DNA of 62,676 bases, counting the filler, from Collodictyon triciliatum (taxonomy: Eukaryota): assembly GCA_043381765.1 (NCBI GenBank). It is 31 parts of 31 records of this genome, joined end to end, with 100 filler letters (N's around TTAATTAATTAA, not from the genome) between each part and the next. Parts side by side here need not be neighbours in the genome. Positions count along the whole stretch, not along the records: positions 1 to 1,912 come from JBHJMP010009917.1; positions 2,013 to 3,924 come from JBHJMP010009918.1; positions 4,025 to 5,935 come from JBHJMP010009919.1; positions 6,036 to 7,946 come from JBHJMP010009920.1; positions 8,047 to 9,957 come from JBHJMP010009921.1; positions 10,058 to 11,968 come from JBHJMP010009922.1; 25 more parts are not named here. One strand, given 5' to 3'. Under the pieces are notes generated by a model. That model had not been told where the DNA came from. It saw nothing but the letters and a program-made list of their open reading frames with translations, and did no database searches. Position numbers and translations under genes: made by a program. This document shows, in pieces, positions 1-11,968 of this stretch (positions are counted from its first letter, which is position 1; each line of letters begins with the position of its first letter).

Positions 1-1912
1 AAAGATATAATGATATGGAAACCTATGTATGGGGCGAGCATGTGCACCAGGTATTTTCCGTGCTACCGATTTTATGACCATATCGAATACGGTGAGACTA
101 CCATCTGATGATGAACAAATAACAATATCTTGACGTAGAAAAAAAAACAACTGATCAGTTAAAAAGATATGAATGTAAAAATTATATGATTAATCATGTC
201 ATACAATACAAGTGCAGGGAATAATAAATAAGTTCTTTTTTCCAGCGAAAGTGACCTAAATGGAAATTTCCTTACGTGATAAAAAGGAATTTATGCATGC
301 AAAGTCTGTGATACGTTGGGCCTCTGATGATAATTTCACAGCTGATATATACTTATTGTTATTCCGGAACCTGTTTTTATATTTTTATTACATTTATTTC
401 ATCGATTTGAGAAGGTGTTATACATACAGGGATATTAGATCAAAAACATCCTCTGAAAGGTGCCATTTAAGATTGCAAGTCTTTCTTTCGCCATTACCGA
501 AGGAAGCCGTCCTTAGGGGTTTCCTCAATCACGTATTTGTACCCAATCAACTTATTGCCACAACTAAGCAGAACACATTTATCCATATAATAGAACTTTG
601 ATTGCCAAATTGGGCCTGAAAACTCTGGATTCTCCTTCATTTAATTATTTTAAAAAAGTGTAAAAAATATTGATAATTTAAAAAAAAATATAAACAGCTA
701 TATTTATGGCCATACTTGGAGAGTCAGATTATGTATATGAACATGAGCATTATGTTTTTAAAAGAAAAGACAGAGAATTCCAATACCCTTGCATCATCCT
801 TTGTATTGTTGACAACGTTCCGAAAAATGACCAATGTGTTTGGATTTCCACTGCCCCAGAGCCGAACCGTTCTATCAGCAAAGAAAGTCAACAAATAACC
901 ATTCTTGAGACTATACGAAACTGAAAGAACCGGGGCGCTGTGTCCTATCCATCAAGTTAACAGGTAGATTATGGACAAGTGGTATAATGAAGAACTTCGT
1001 CCACAATCTAGTGCCACTATATATTGTTGGATACACAAGCAAAAACTGATGAGCTGAATGTCACTTTATAAAATACCTCGATAGTTTGTTCCTTCTCCTT
1101 TAAACTTTGCTAAAGAGAGCTTTATTTCACGAGTGACTTTATCAGACCCGCAGCTGGTTATTCTCTCTCAATTGCCTTGATTGATACAAATCGACAGTAT
1201 TAAGATTCGCTTTCTCTTCCTTTTCTTTTAAAAACCATCATCACACAGAAACACCCAGGTGAAAATGAAAAAAACAAAAAGAAGGCAGTGATAATGAAAA
1301 ATATTCACATGAGTGAATCAGGCGTAGAACGGCGCTGGATTGTGGCAGAATAACATATGCCCGAGGTCGAGGGACATGAGGAGGCTCACGATTTATGGGG
1401 TACTTTTTTTCCAGTAAGTTCCTAGAATGTCATATGAAAGAATGCAATATCAAAACATATCTCAAAAATCTCATCTGTCCCAATACATACGATTTTTTTC
1501 AATTTGAAAATCAGCTATTATTCATTCAGTCGTTGGCTTTCCTTTTAAAACAGTTTAAAGAAAAAAGAAAAGGTGATTCTTATGTATATAAGCCAGGTAT
1601 GTGTATGTGTGTGATTAAGTCTTTTTTTTAAAATTTTTTTATTTACTATATATGATTAAGTGCTGGTTATAAATGCGAAACCCTGATGAGACTAATCTCT
1701 TTAAAGTTGTCTTTGGATTCGTTGAGTCGACTGAAGTAGCTCCGTATTCTGACGACTTTATCCTTGAGTGAAATGTGACTGGGTCTTAACAATCTTTGGA
1801 ATTTTTTCCTTCAAAGTTGAGGACGCTGGAGCCATACATGCAAAAAGAAGGGAAAAACACGGCTGAGATTGGGTTATAACACATGTGACTTCTGTGTCAA
1901 TCAGTCCAATAT

Positions 1913-2012
1913 NNNNNNNNNNNNNNNNNNNNNNNNNNNNNNNNNNNNNNNNNNNNTTAATTAATTAANNNNNNNNNNNNNNNNNNNNNNNNNNNNNNNN
2001 NNNNNNNNNNNN
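1913..2012. other. Artificial contig-joining spacer (N44-TTAATTAATTAA-N44), first of 30
   Basis: The same 100-nt linker with stops in all six frames recurs about every 2 kb. Contig lengths fall from 1912 to about 1898 nt, i.e. a length-sorted concatenation. Confidence 0.99.
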
Positions 2013-3924
2013 ACTCAAAATTGGCGCAATATATTGACACTTTTGAAGTATCTTCTACCTTAAAACTCCTCCACGAAAAACCATCTCACCTGTATTTGGA
2101 TTTCCTGTCTAACATATGCATCGTGAACAGAAGAGTGAATGAAAAAAACCAGAGAATTGTTCGGGATGTCATGTTATCCCCTGATTCTGAATTCTCACAA
2201 TTTAGATATTTCTTTGATTTAAAGATAATTAATGGAGTTCCGCATATATTTCCTTGTCCGAGTACCCAAATATCCTGGAATCAAACAAATTTGGTAGAGT
2301 GGGGTAGAGACCCATCCAACATCGAAAACATTCAATATTTCACTTCGAGCCTGAGACTTCTCTCGTCAATTTGTCAGGTAGTTAAACCACTTCTACAATT
2401 TTTTTTAAAAAAAGCAGAGAAAAATCAGTTAACCTTAGACTCTACAAGCTGCGACGTCTGAAATTAAGGCGTCATTTAATTTTTGTTCTTTTATTTCTAA
2501 TAGGGAGAAAATAAGGCATCCCAGAAACTCGTTCGTAAAATTCTTAATTTGGAAACTCTTTTAAGCTGCATAGAGACAATAATCAATCTGGGTTTAGGGA
2601 CATATCCAATTAGTATTACATACGCTTTACTTGACTGCGTTTTGCATATCCATTATATTTCTAAGAACAAAAGAACTATACCTGTAATTCGATACATACG
2701 TCAGTATGGAAAGCAGACAATTAAGAGCCATTTACTAAACTATTCGACAATAAAGCGTAAAAAAGGTGCTGTTCAACTGTTAGACTCATCCATACCTCGG
2801 ATGCGCACAATTGTTGAGAAAATTCTTCGTCAGTTTCCCTCAAGATACGATAGCGCTTGCTTTGAAACAAAGGGAACACTTCCGTGCATTCTTATTGTCA
2901 CATTAAGAACCGTTATTCAGATGATTGATTATGGTGAAATATGCGATTCTGGTCATGTTTCTTTCGAAATAAACGTCAAATTACAGGAATACATATATAA
3001 CATATTCCAAAGCACCACGTGGGCTCAGTATATGGAAGAGGGGAAACGATATAAAAATAACTCACGTCATAAGATCTACAACATGTTTGATAATCATACT
3101 GGAATTCCTGTGGTAAAGTTTTATATCATTCTACCTGTTTGGCATATGCTTTTTAAAAATCTATAGCATCTAATTTTTATTATTTTCTCTAGCAAACTAA
3201 ATCTAATGAATTGATTTTTCTTTTCTTTACTTTTTAATTTTATTCTTATAATTCAATTTTCCTGCTTTTAATATTCAAAATTAGCATTGTGGAGCGAAGA
3301 TGCATATTTTCCAGCTTCTTAACAAGCTCGTAGATGTTCATATGGACAGGCAAATATCAAAGGTAATTGAAAGCAACGGAGATATGAATTTCATATGGGA
3401 CAATCCATTTCCGTACTATAAATTTGACAAGTTTTTGGGCTTTATGATGGAGCTAAGCTACTCGCCATTTCCATTACTCCGAAACGAACTTGTTCGGACG
3501 ATGAATCGACTAGACCAACACCCCAAAGAACTACTCGATCACTTGAAGCAAGTTCAGATGATAGCATCAGAGGAAGAAAATGCCTTTATCGAACTCAACA
3601 ATTTAGTTGCTCAACTCAAGGAAATTCTAGAAAAGAAAGACTGGCTAAGCTATCAGGAAAACCTACATGCATTATATAACAGGATGACTGAAGTAGAAAA
3701 GCATTTGATGACATCCCAAACATGCATATGCTACAAACAGTACATGGTATCTCATCTGAGAATTCATGATGAGGTCATTTACCCCGTTCTCAAAACTGTC
3801 TTAAAGTTTATTGAAGACATTGATGACGATGCCACTAGCGATATGCGCTCATTGCTGTTTGAATCTAACATGGGCTCAGACGGAGACTTATCAGACTTTA
3901 GTGATATTGGTGCCGAGGTTTATG
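2013..3924 (+). CDS. Inositol 1,4,5-trisphosphate/ryanodine receptor-like Ca2+ channel, internal fragment (3 exons)
   Basis: Phase-0 GT-AG introns 2378-2503 and 3113-3284 join three ORFs in frame. YLDFLSNICIVNRRVNEKNQRIV and YFTSSLRLLSSICQ|GENKASQKLV...LLSCI resemble ITPR RIH-region segments (FLDYLSDLC..., YYRYQLNLFARMCLDRQ...). Confidence 0.8.
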
Positions 3925-4068
3925 NNNNNNNNNNNNNNNNNNNNNNNNNNNNNNNNNNNNNNNNNNNNTTAATTAATTAANNNNNNNNNNNNNNNNNNNN
4001 NNNNNNNNNNNNNNNNNNNNNNNNCATCTCGTGTAGGTCACCTCAAATTTTTCATTATTTTTACATAG

Positions 4069-4566
4069 GATTATGGGAGTAGAGATTAAGGCAAATAAGA
4101 AAAAAGAGCGTGAAATCGCCCTTCTTCGAGGTCAGTGATTTTTTTTTTCCTTTATTCGATTCAAAGTGTAGCGAGGTTATTCGAGGTCAGTGATAAAAGA
4201 AAAAGGCATAATTCTTTTTACATAGGATAGTCCTGTTGGCTAATGTAAATACTACTTTCGTTCTGAAAAATAGCCTCTGATCCACAACTGAGCTTAAATT
4301 TCGGAGATGAGGAGAGCATCAATAAGCCAAATGGTAAACAGAAGACTTCTACCCCAAAAACTAACTCAAGCGGTCGATCCCGCCAGATCGACGTTGAAGA
4401 CGACTTTTTTATGCCACCACCAAACGGGGAGGACGAAAAGAAAAATGAACAAGACGATGAAGAAGATGATGGGGATGAGGACGATAAGGAAAATGAACAA
4501 GACGATGAAGAAGATGATGGGGATGAGCACGAGGATGAGCATGAGGACGAAGAGGATGAAGAATAA
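4069..4566 (+). CDS. C-terminal exons of a protein with a long acidic (D/E) tail
   Basis: Exon 4069-4130 and exon 4274-4566 join in phase 1: IMGVEIKANKKKEREIALLRA|SDPQL...EQDDEEDDGDEHEDEHEDEEDEE*. Confidence 0.6.
4140..4179 (-). mobile_element. 40-bp 5'-truncated LINE 3'-end stub with 15-bp TSD
   Basis: polyT-CCTTTATTCGATTCAAAGTGTAGCGAGGTTA flanked by exact direct repeats TTCGAGGTCAGTGAT (4125-4139, 4180-4194). Same 3' end as the longer copy at 52019-52470. Confidence 0.92.
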
Positions 4567-5302
4567 ACTGCGCGACTTTTTTTCGTCCTACCTTCATCCA
4601 ACTCTGTCTAATTCTCTATGCTTCACACTTTTTTAAATATTTTCTTTATTGATAGATATCTCGATGACACTTTGTAGAAAATATTGGTAGTGCCGTGATA
4701 ATATCGTAGAACCCAAGAAGTTGGCTCGTTCTCTTACAAATTCATGTTTTCGTTCACATCTGCGTCATGGAATATGCATATAAGAATCAGGATATGACAG
4801 CATTTAGACAATAACAAACAGGAGGAGAAAAGGCGAATACAATCGTGCAGTATATACCAATATCCAAGTTCGCCAAGTTTTTCTTGAGAGGAAGCCCATA
4901 TCGGCGACCGAACAGCTTTTTTTTTTTTTCATTTATTTGCAGGAAAATACTTAATGTTAGAACAACAAGATGATAAAGTACACTCAAGAAATAAATAAAT
5001 AAATAAAAATTAACATGGTGTCTAGATGCGATGAGGAAGAAAAATTATACGATACCAACAAAACCAGCGTGATAAAGTATCGCACGAGGACAATTATGTT
5101 TGCATGAGATGGTGAACATGTAGCGTCACGGTTATCTCCTGTCTATGATATCATGTACGAATAAATCACTTGAATACAATTCGAGATGAACATAAAATAC
5201 AGAATACGAGGGCATATATAGCGTCTATAGAATAAATTTATTAATTGACTGTTTATATGCTTTTTTTGTCTTTAGTTTCTTTGTTGGTTCTGTCTAACCC
5301 AC

Positions 5303-5760
5303 CTCGATGTTGCAAATGATAATCCCATAGATCGCAGCCGTTCCAACAATCATTTCATACATAAAGACCGGAATATACTCCATGTAGTAGTACTATATCA
5401 ACATAAATGTATATCGTAGGAATATAGTGAGCGTTGTGAAGTCTGCAAATAGCTCAATATTTTGCTAGAAGTGACAGGTAGGGAAATAGGTGTATGAAAT
5501 GGGTTCAAGCAGAAAAAGATATACAAAGGGGATAAGAGAAAAGAATATAGATGTGGAGGGAACAGTTTGATAGGACTGACAATCTGAAACATGGAGGCAG
5601 AAAGCTGCCAGATGGATATGGCTCCAAATATCTCTATCCCAGCTGTTGCCAGTGAACCTAGTCCAATGACATACAAGACATATTCAAGGCCGCTTTGTCC
5701 CTGCCACTCGAGATAAGGCCATATGGTCAAGGAAACAAGAAGCTTGATGTAATAAGTATT
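5303..5760 (-). CDS. Multi-pass membrane protein fragment (two exons), unknown family
   Basis: Exons 5760-5581 (180 nt) and 5392-5303 (90 nt), both phase 0 with AG/GT borders. Hydrophobic translation ...YVLYVIGLGSLATAGIEIFGAISIWQ...|YYYMEYIPVFMYEMIVGTAAIYGIII. Confidence 0.55.
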
Positions 5761-5789
5761 CTATTAGATACATCATTTCTATTATGTGT

Positions 5790-5875
5790 TTTTTTTGTTT
5801 TTTTTTGTTTTTTTTTTGTTTTTTTTGTTTTTTTGTTTTTTTGTTTTTTTGTTTTTTTGTTTTTTTTGTTTTTTT

Positions 5876-5933
<58 letters not shown>

Positions 5934-5935
5934 TT
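5790..5935. repeat. polyT/(GTTTTT)n low-complexity tract at contig end
   Basis: Seen directly. Confidence 0.95.
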
Positions 5936-6035
5936 NNNNNNNNNNNNNNNNNNNNNNNNNNNNNNNNNNNNNNNNNNNNTTAATTAATTAANNNNNNNNN
6001 NNNNNNNNNNNNNNNNNNNNNNNNNNNNNNNNNNN

Positions 6036-6155
6036 ATACATACATACATACATACATACATACATACATACATACATACATACATACATACATACATACA
6101 TACATACATACATACATACATACATACATACATACATACATACATACATACATAC
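6036..6155. repeat. (ATAC)n microsatellite
   Basis: About 30 perfect units. Confidence 0.98.
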
Positions 6156-6730
6156 AAAAGAAAAGCAAAGGAACTCAAACAGCGATTAGAACTAACCAGT
6201 ATGTAAAAAGAGCACAAAAACTAAAACTTTATTCGTGGACTTATTGGGCAGGGCCACACAGAGATTTCCTTTTGGATGATTTTTGAGGCTCGCTGTACTT
6301 CCTTTTGGGTTTGGCCGATCTATTTTCGCATACTCTGATTATTTTATCGTGAGACATATATATTATTTTTGTAATGAACAAAATAAGTGTTGATTCTTTT
6401 GTCCAGCTTTTTTCTCTTTCCCTTATATCTGTCCTTGTGTATAAATTCATGTGTGTTCCATTCGAATATTAGATCTCTGATATTTGCATATTTTCTTCTC
6501 ATGGGTAAAGGAGAAAAACATTATACGTAAAGAGGGCTTGCTTATCTTAATGAATGGAAATACCCATCTATCCGATTGTTAGCAGGGTCTATTTGAAGCA
6601 ACTGGAATTGTGCCTGCTCCCTATTTAAAAAAAAGAATTCATTTTACAGCGAAATTTTCCCTTTTGGGTTCATTTCCTTGGTAATCCGATGATTGGGCGC
6701 AGGAGCGGGAGGCAGGATAATAATCATACC

Positions 6731-7680
6731 GTTCTGTCTTCGACTCCTTGGTTCTAAGGTCCTCCAGTACGCCGCGTAGTGGATGGAGTCTATCTTATTA
6801 AAAAGTATTTTGGTAAGATTATGAGAAAACTATTCTCAATTGAGATATCAAATTGCAGTGACTTGCCTTTCGCTGTATGATTCCACGCTTTTGTTTTCTT
6901 TGATATGCTACATTTTTATAAAATCACTCAAAGTGGAAGTAAAGTGCAAACCTTATTAATTAAAAATGCACTAATTTGAAGAGAATACATCAATATAAAA
7001 GCGAACATGGTGTCTGCATGTGAAGCAATCATCGCTTGTGCATACGTATGCACGTTTTATTTCTTCGGCTGATTTCATCCGAAAGTCTATCAACACTTGA
7101 ATGCTCCTCAAGTGGTCTTTGTATCCATATGTTAGAATGAATGGAAATGATATAAAGAAGCAAATATTCATAATTATTTTGTAAAAGAACCTTTGAAGTC
7201 AAACTGGTTTATTTTGAAAGTGCTGTCAGTTTGAAAATACTTGCTCCTCATCATCGTATCCGTCCTACAGAGAAAATGGCAATATAAATTATTTTATCAA
7301 TCGCTTATTGGAGTGAAGAAAAATCACCTTGAGCTGTTCTTATCCTGGCCATCTGGTGGTGTGTATAAAAATTTAATGAATATGTTTTGATAAAAACAAC
7401 CATAAATATAGATAATCCTTACACTTGACTCGAAAGTCATCAGGAAAAACACCTGTGTTGATGAAACCTGGATTATGTAAGTTTTCTGAAATGAGCATCC
7501 AGACATCTTCGATAATAATACTTCTAGAAGGTACCTTGCTTCGTCAAAAAATCATGAATCTTGCTGACTGGGTGATATGACATCTACGAAATTTAATTTA
7601 CCAAAATGCAAGAATTCGATAAGCATACATTTATATATTATTTACCTTGGACTCTTGGAAACATTCAGTCTTTGTAAGAA
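6731..7680 (-). CDS. Probable multi-exon gene of unknown function
   Basis: Several short minus-strand segments bounded by AG/GT (e.g. DVWMLISENLHNPGFINTGVFPDDFRVK; DRLHPLRGVLEDLRTKESKTER). No family recognised and the model is unresolved. Confidence 0.35.
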
Positions 7681-8046
7681 AAATCAGAGGGGATTTAATC
7701 CATTTGGAGATTATCAGATTCCTTATCTTGAGATATTTAGCTCTGTCGACAGAAGCTACTTTTGCTCTGGAAAATGTATTTGTATGCCACAATTAATTAT
7801 TTGGGTAGAATTGCTTATATATTCATGTATATATTGAGCTTGTTTTTTGTTTTTTGTTTTTTGTTTTTTGTTTTTTGTTTTTTGTTTTTTGTTTTTTGTT
7901 TTTTGTTTTTTGTTTTTTGTTTTTTGTTTTTTGTTTTTTGTTTTTTNNNNNNNNNNNNNNNNNNNNNNNNNNNNNNNNNNNNNNNNNNNNTTAATTAATT
8001 AANNNNNNNNNNNNNNNNNNNNNNNNNNNNNNNNNNNNNNNNNNNN

Positions 8047-8049
8047 AAA

Positions 8050-8136
<87 letters not shown>

Positions 8137-8155
8137 ATGAATAATAAATAAATAA
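8047..8155. repeat. (AAAT)n microsatellite
   Basis: Seen directly. Confidence 0.97.
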
Positions 8156-8235
8156 AGTTCAAACATATTTAAAATAGAACAAGAACAGAAGCAGTCAAAT
8201 AGGATAATATGCAAAATATAAAGAAAGGAAAGGAC

Positions 8236-8986
8236 CTGTGGCAACAATCAGCGATGAAAGTAAAATTTACAGACGAAGGGAGCAAAGATGCCACATAACG
8301 TAAGTCGTTGTCACGTATGAGATTAAAGTCAACACCAACAAGACACTTGTCGAGTCAGTGGGCGCTGTTAGACAAACAGAAAAATGACATACCAAAACAT
8401 CTCACAGAATAAACGGTTTCTAAATGGGATAACTTGCCTCATCCAGACCATCAACCTCTGACATAGTCAAACAATTGACCTAGATAAATCGCAGTCGTTT
8501 AATATCGATTGGTTAACTGAGCAACATTAAATATAAAATAGATCCAAAATCGCTCTAACTATCTTGGAGATTGTTCTGTATATCACAACGTTTTTTTTTT
8601 TAAAATAAAAAACCTGAACTCCGTGGCCTGAAAAGTGAAATAATACAACATCACCAGGTTGTGCGGTACTACACATCTCACATAATTCATTAAAGATGTT
8701 TCTTGCTGTGGGTTGGACAGGTCTTGCAATCAAAGAAATAATCAGTGCGCATTTTCACATATTCGTCTTATTTACCATATAAAAACCATTATGTAAACGT
8801 CACGTATATTTGCTCAACATACGATTCACGTGTGTCTGTAACAACTCGTATATTCTTGAAACCATATTTATCTGAGAGCAAGCGATGCATACTTCTAGCA
8901 TCATTGACAGCACCTCTAAGGTACGCTGATGTTGTTTTCGGATACGAAATTCCAACAATCAAGGCTTCACGTATGTCAGGTGCCAT
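8236..8986 (-). CDS. Metacaspase (peptidase C14), p20 domain, no N-terminal prodomain; 3' part missing
   Basis: Exons 8986-8823, 8722-8614, 8479-8438, 8345-8236 give ALIVGISY...LRGAVNDA...QPTARNI...GDVVLFHFSGHGVQ|...DGLDE|CLVGVDFNLIRDNDLR...FIADCCH. Catalytic His (SGHG) and Cys (DCCH) motifs are present. Confidence 0.93.
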
Positions 8987-10057
8987 ATGATTTACAATTA
9001 ATAAAAAATTTTATAATATATTGATTGCTTCAACGAAATGACCATAAGCACCGACATTCATGCGTGGATTTTGTGATTTTTTTAAATCATGTATCAAGCA
9101 TCAAGTAAATTTTTTCTCCGACATAGATGAGTTGAATTAACATCACCTCTCTTTTCTGGTTTCCTTTTAACAGGCATATGAATCACGATGGCATCCTTAT
9201 CTATTTAACTTCGATATTTAGTTATTTATGTCACCAATACTTTCCAACCTTATTTTTGTCACACAATTTGATCTACCATTATTGTTATCATTATTTTAGC
9301 GAATGAAGGAAAAAGAAAATATTACAAATACCAAACATGACATATTGATTGCAAGGATGGGTAAAATAATCATATTCTTAAAAATTAGCATCGAGACAGA
9401 GAGGGATTCGAAACGGAAAAAGCATTCTAACCTATATCAATAACTTTAATATTCCCTTTTCCATCTTCTACGCCGCGATAGTTCCCTTCTAATCCTTCTT
9501 CCTGGATTTATTTAAAGGAGTTTAAGAAATTAAAATATGGAGGTAAGTCATACATTTTTTTAAGGGGATAAATGAAAGTAGTGAGCAGTTAAACATACGG
9601 TATGAGGTTCACTGTTAGCTCTTTGGGTGATTACTCTGGTGCTAGGAGCATGAAGATTCAAAACAAAGCGATATATACGCCAAAACCAAAACATAACAAA
9701 GGATTTCAAATAAATCCACTGTCGCTTCAGAAAGGATCGGCGGAGCCTTGGAGTTGTTTCTTCAAGCGTCTGGAAGCATGCTCCAGTTTTAGCCCTGCTT
9801 CGTTGCTCCATTCCCAACATATCCCCTATATCATCATGTACAATAATGATGAAGAGAGGGAAAATAGGTTACAAGAAAAAAAAAAGTAAAAAAGTAAAAA
9901 AGTAAAAAAGTAAAAAAGTAAAAAAAGTAAAAAAGTAAAAAAGTAAAAAAGTAAAAANNNNNNNNNNNNNNNNNNNNNNNNNNNNNNNNNNNNNNNNNNN
10001 NTTAATTAATTAANNNNNNNNNNNNNNNNNNNNNNNNNNNNNNNNNNNNNNNNNNNN

Positions 10058-11632
10058 AACCATCCACACCAATAGCACCTGACCTGACTTTTACAAATGA
10101 ACCGGCAAGCGAAAGAGTCACTGCAACACCAAAGTTGTTTAAGTCACCTGTTAACATAAATTCAAATTCAAAGCCATCATATGAAGCACCCATATTGCCA
10201 AGTGTAATATTCTTCTGTGATGAAATAGAATTTGAAATAAGTGTTGTAGCGGGTGCCGTATTACCTGAATCATATACGTATGCGGTGCTGCTATTGGATG
10301 CAATCACCACGGTTTTTTTGGCTACTTGAGGGGTTGATATACTTCCTGATATTGTTCCGCTTACGGTCAAGTCGCCAGACACACTCATACCTGAATTATT
10401 AATTTCAACCCTCTGAACTCGTGTCGGCAAAGTTGCCCCCGTGCCTGTTGCCCCTAGAAATCTAAAATATGTATTTCCGTGCTCTGTACAAAATATTTCG
10501 TTTGTTCCAGTACCACCAACTAATCTACTCATAACCGTTTCAGTAGCTGGCCAGTTTGTGCCATTACCCAACCTGTAAGTTGCTACTGTTCCTGTAGTAG
10601 AATCACTAAATGTCATCTGTATGTGCCCCGTTGCGCCTCCTGTACTTCCAATAAACTGTATATTAGAACTTGGAATAGATACGTTGTTTCGAATACTTGA
10701 ACCTCCGCTTAATCTCAAATTTCCTCCTACAACACTGCAAACTTGTGATCCATTAGCTACAAAACCAATCCCATTATCAGCACCGACCATTGTTCTCACT
10801 AAACCAGAATTTGTAGAATTTTCGAAACTATAAGAAGGGGCCGCGGTAGAGCCATCAGGGACTGTGAGCCCATCATTTCTTATAGTAACTCTTTCAGTTC
10901 CATCTGTTCCAAAACGAATAGTATCATTTGTTCCCCAAATACCTGTTCGGCTTTCAGCTGGAGTTGCAGTATTGTCTCCAAATAATAAATTCGGCTGTTC
11001 TGCTGTGCCTGCTCGTGTAAGATTCAGTGTGCTACCGCAACTCACAAACTCACCTGTTACTCCAGTAAGTAATAAATTGGGCGACCAAGCTGAATTATTT
11101 CCTTCACCATACAACACTCGACCCTGATTTACTGTTCCACTACTGGGTACCTGTCTGACATTTGCAAAAACACCATCACTTCGTAACCAACTGGCAACGT
11201 TATTAATATATGGCAGCCAGCTAGCTACTGTTCCGTCTGTTCGAAGAATGCCAGCAACTGTTTGCGGAGGCACCTGCGAAATCGCCCCCAACTTGCTGTG
11301 CTACCATTATTTGTTAAATATTGATTTGCATTTCCCCCAGTTACACCAGGCACTTGATTTACTGACTGCCAACTAACAACATTTCCATTAGTTTGTAAAA
11401 AATTACCCGTCTGCCCCGCCTGTGGAGGAAGCTCTCCTTCAATTCCAGTGTACTGGTAACCGGTTGCTGTATCATTTACTTCCAAAAATTTATTTGCATC
11501 GGCTGCTGTTATAGTTGGCAAAATAAAAGATGTTTCTGTTGTGTCTGTGTATTCACCATTCGTCCCGTCTGTCACAAATGAATAGTCATAGGGATATCTA
11601 CTTGAATTTGATCCGATTTCGTATGAAGTCAT
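10058..11632 (-). CDS. Viral fiber-like protein, split by a 1-nt frameshift at about 11285-11289; 3' truncated by contig end
   Basis: Intronless and G/S/T/N-rich. Repeated L-x-T-[ND]-G-x3-SW units (FLQTNGNVVSW, YLTNNGSTASW, ILRTDGTVASW) and GSTAAPSYSF / GTAEQPNLLF motifs resemble phage and giant-virus fibers. ORFs 11632-11225 and 11291-10058 overlap at a G5 run. Confidence 0.7.
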
Positions 11633-11636
11633 ATAT

Positions 11637-11705
11637 TTGTCAACATTTTTTTTAAAAATGTTTACAATGCCGAGAATACATACAAACAGGAGAGTAACTC
11701 CTGTT
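11637..11705 (-). terminator. Two intergenic hairpins directly after the stop codon of the capsid-like gene
   Basis: AACAGGAG-agtaa-CTCCTGTT (11685-11705, 8-bp perfect stem) and TTGTcAACATTTTT-ttt-AAAAATGTTtACAA (11637-11667, 13 bp with one mismatch). Confidence 0.5.
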
Positions 11706-11968
11706 ACTCTACGGGAACGAGCTTGAGCGTAATGTCGACACTGGCCGTCTGCGGGAAGTTAACCTGATTGTTGTACTGGTCAATAAATGTAATATTGAAT
11801 CGTGTCGGCAAAACCGAAAAGACTTGTTGCGTAAATTCTTCACTTGCTTCTTCTACGAATGTGTACTGGTATTTACTATTACTTAGATTCAATGGACACC
11901 TATAAGCAATATCAAAACGCTCAGGGACATCTGTGTTGAAATTCAAATTTGTAATTCCCTGGATAGTC
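11704..11968 (-). CDS. Possible minor capsid (penton-like) protein C-terminus of a Polinton-like virus or virophage
   Basis: Intronless and beta-rich, ending FNITFIDQYNNQVNF...VDITLKL. This resembles the I-x-x-x-DQ-x-x-x-x-x-x-F...LxL C-terminus I recall for Polinton/PLV pentons. Co-oriented with the fiber gene. Confidence 0.45.

Noticed and set aside
1675-1700. GAAAC/CTGATGAG as a hammerhead ribozyme core
   Set aside because: The spacing leaves no room for stems I and III, and there is no suitable stem II.
260-1800. Short ORFs of contig 1 as genes
   Set aside because: The frames are fragmented, with no recognisable family and no consistent splice model. At most a decayed sequence.
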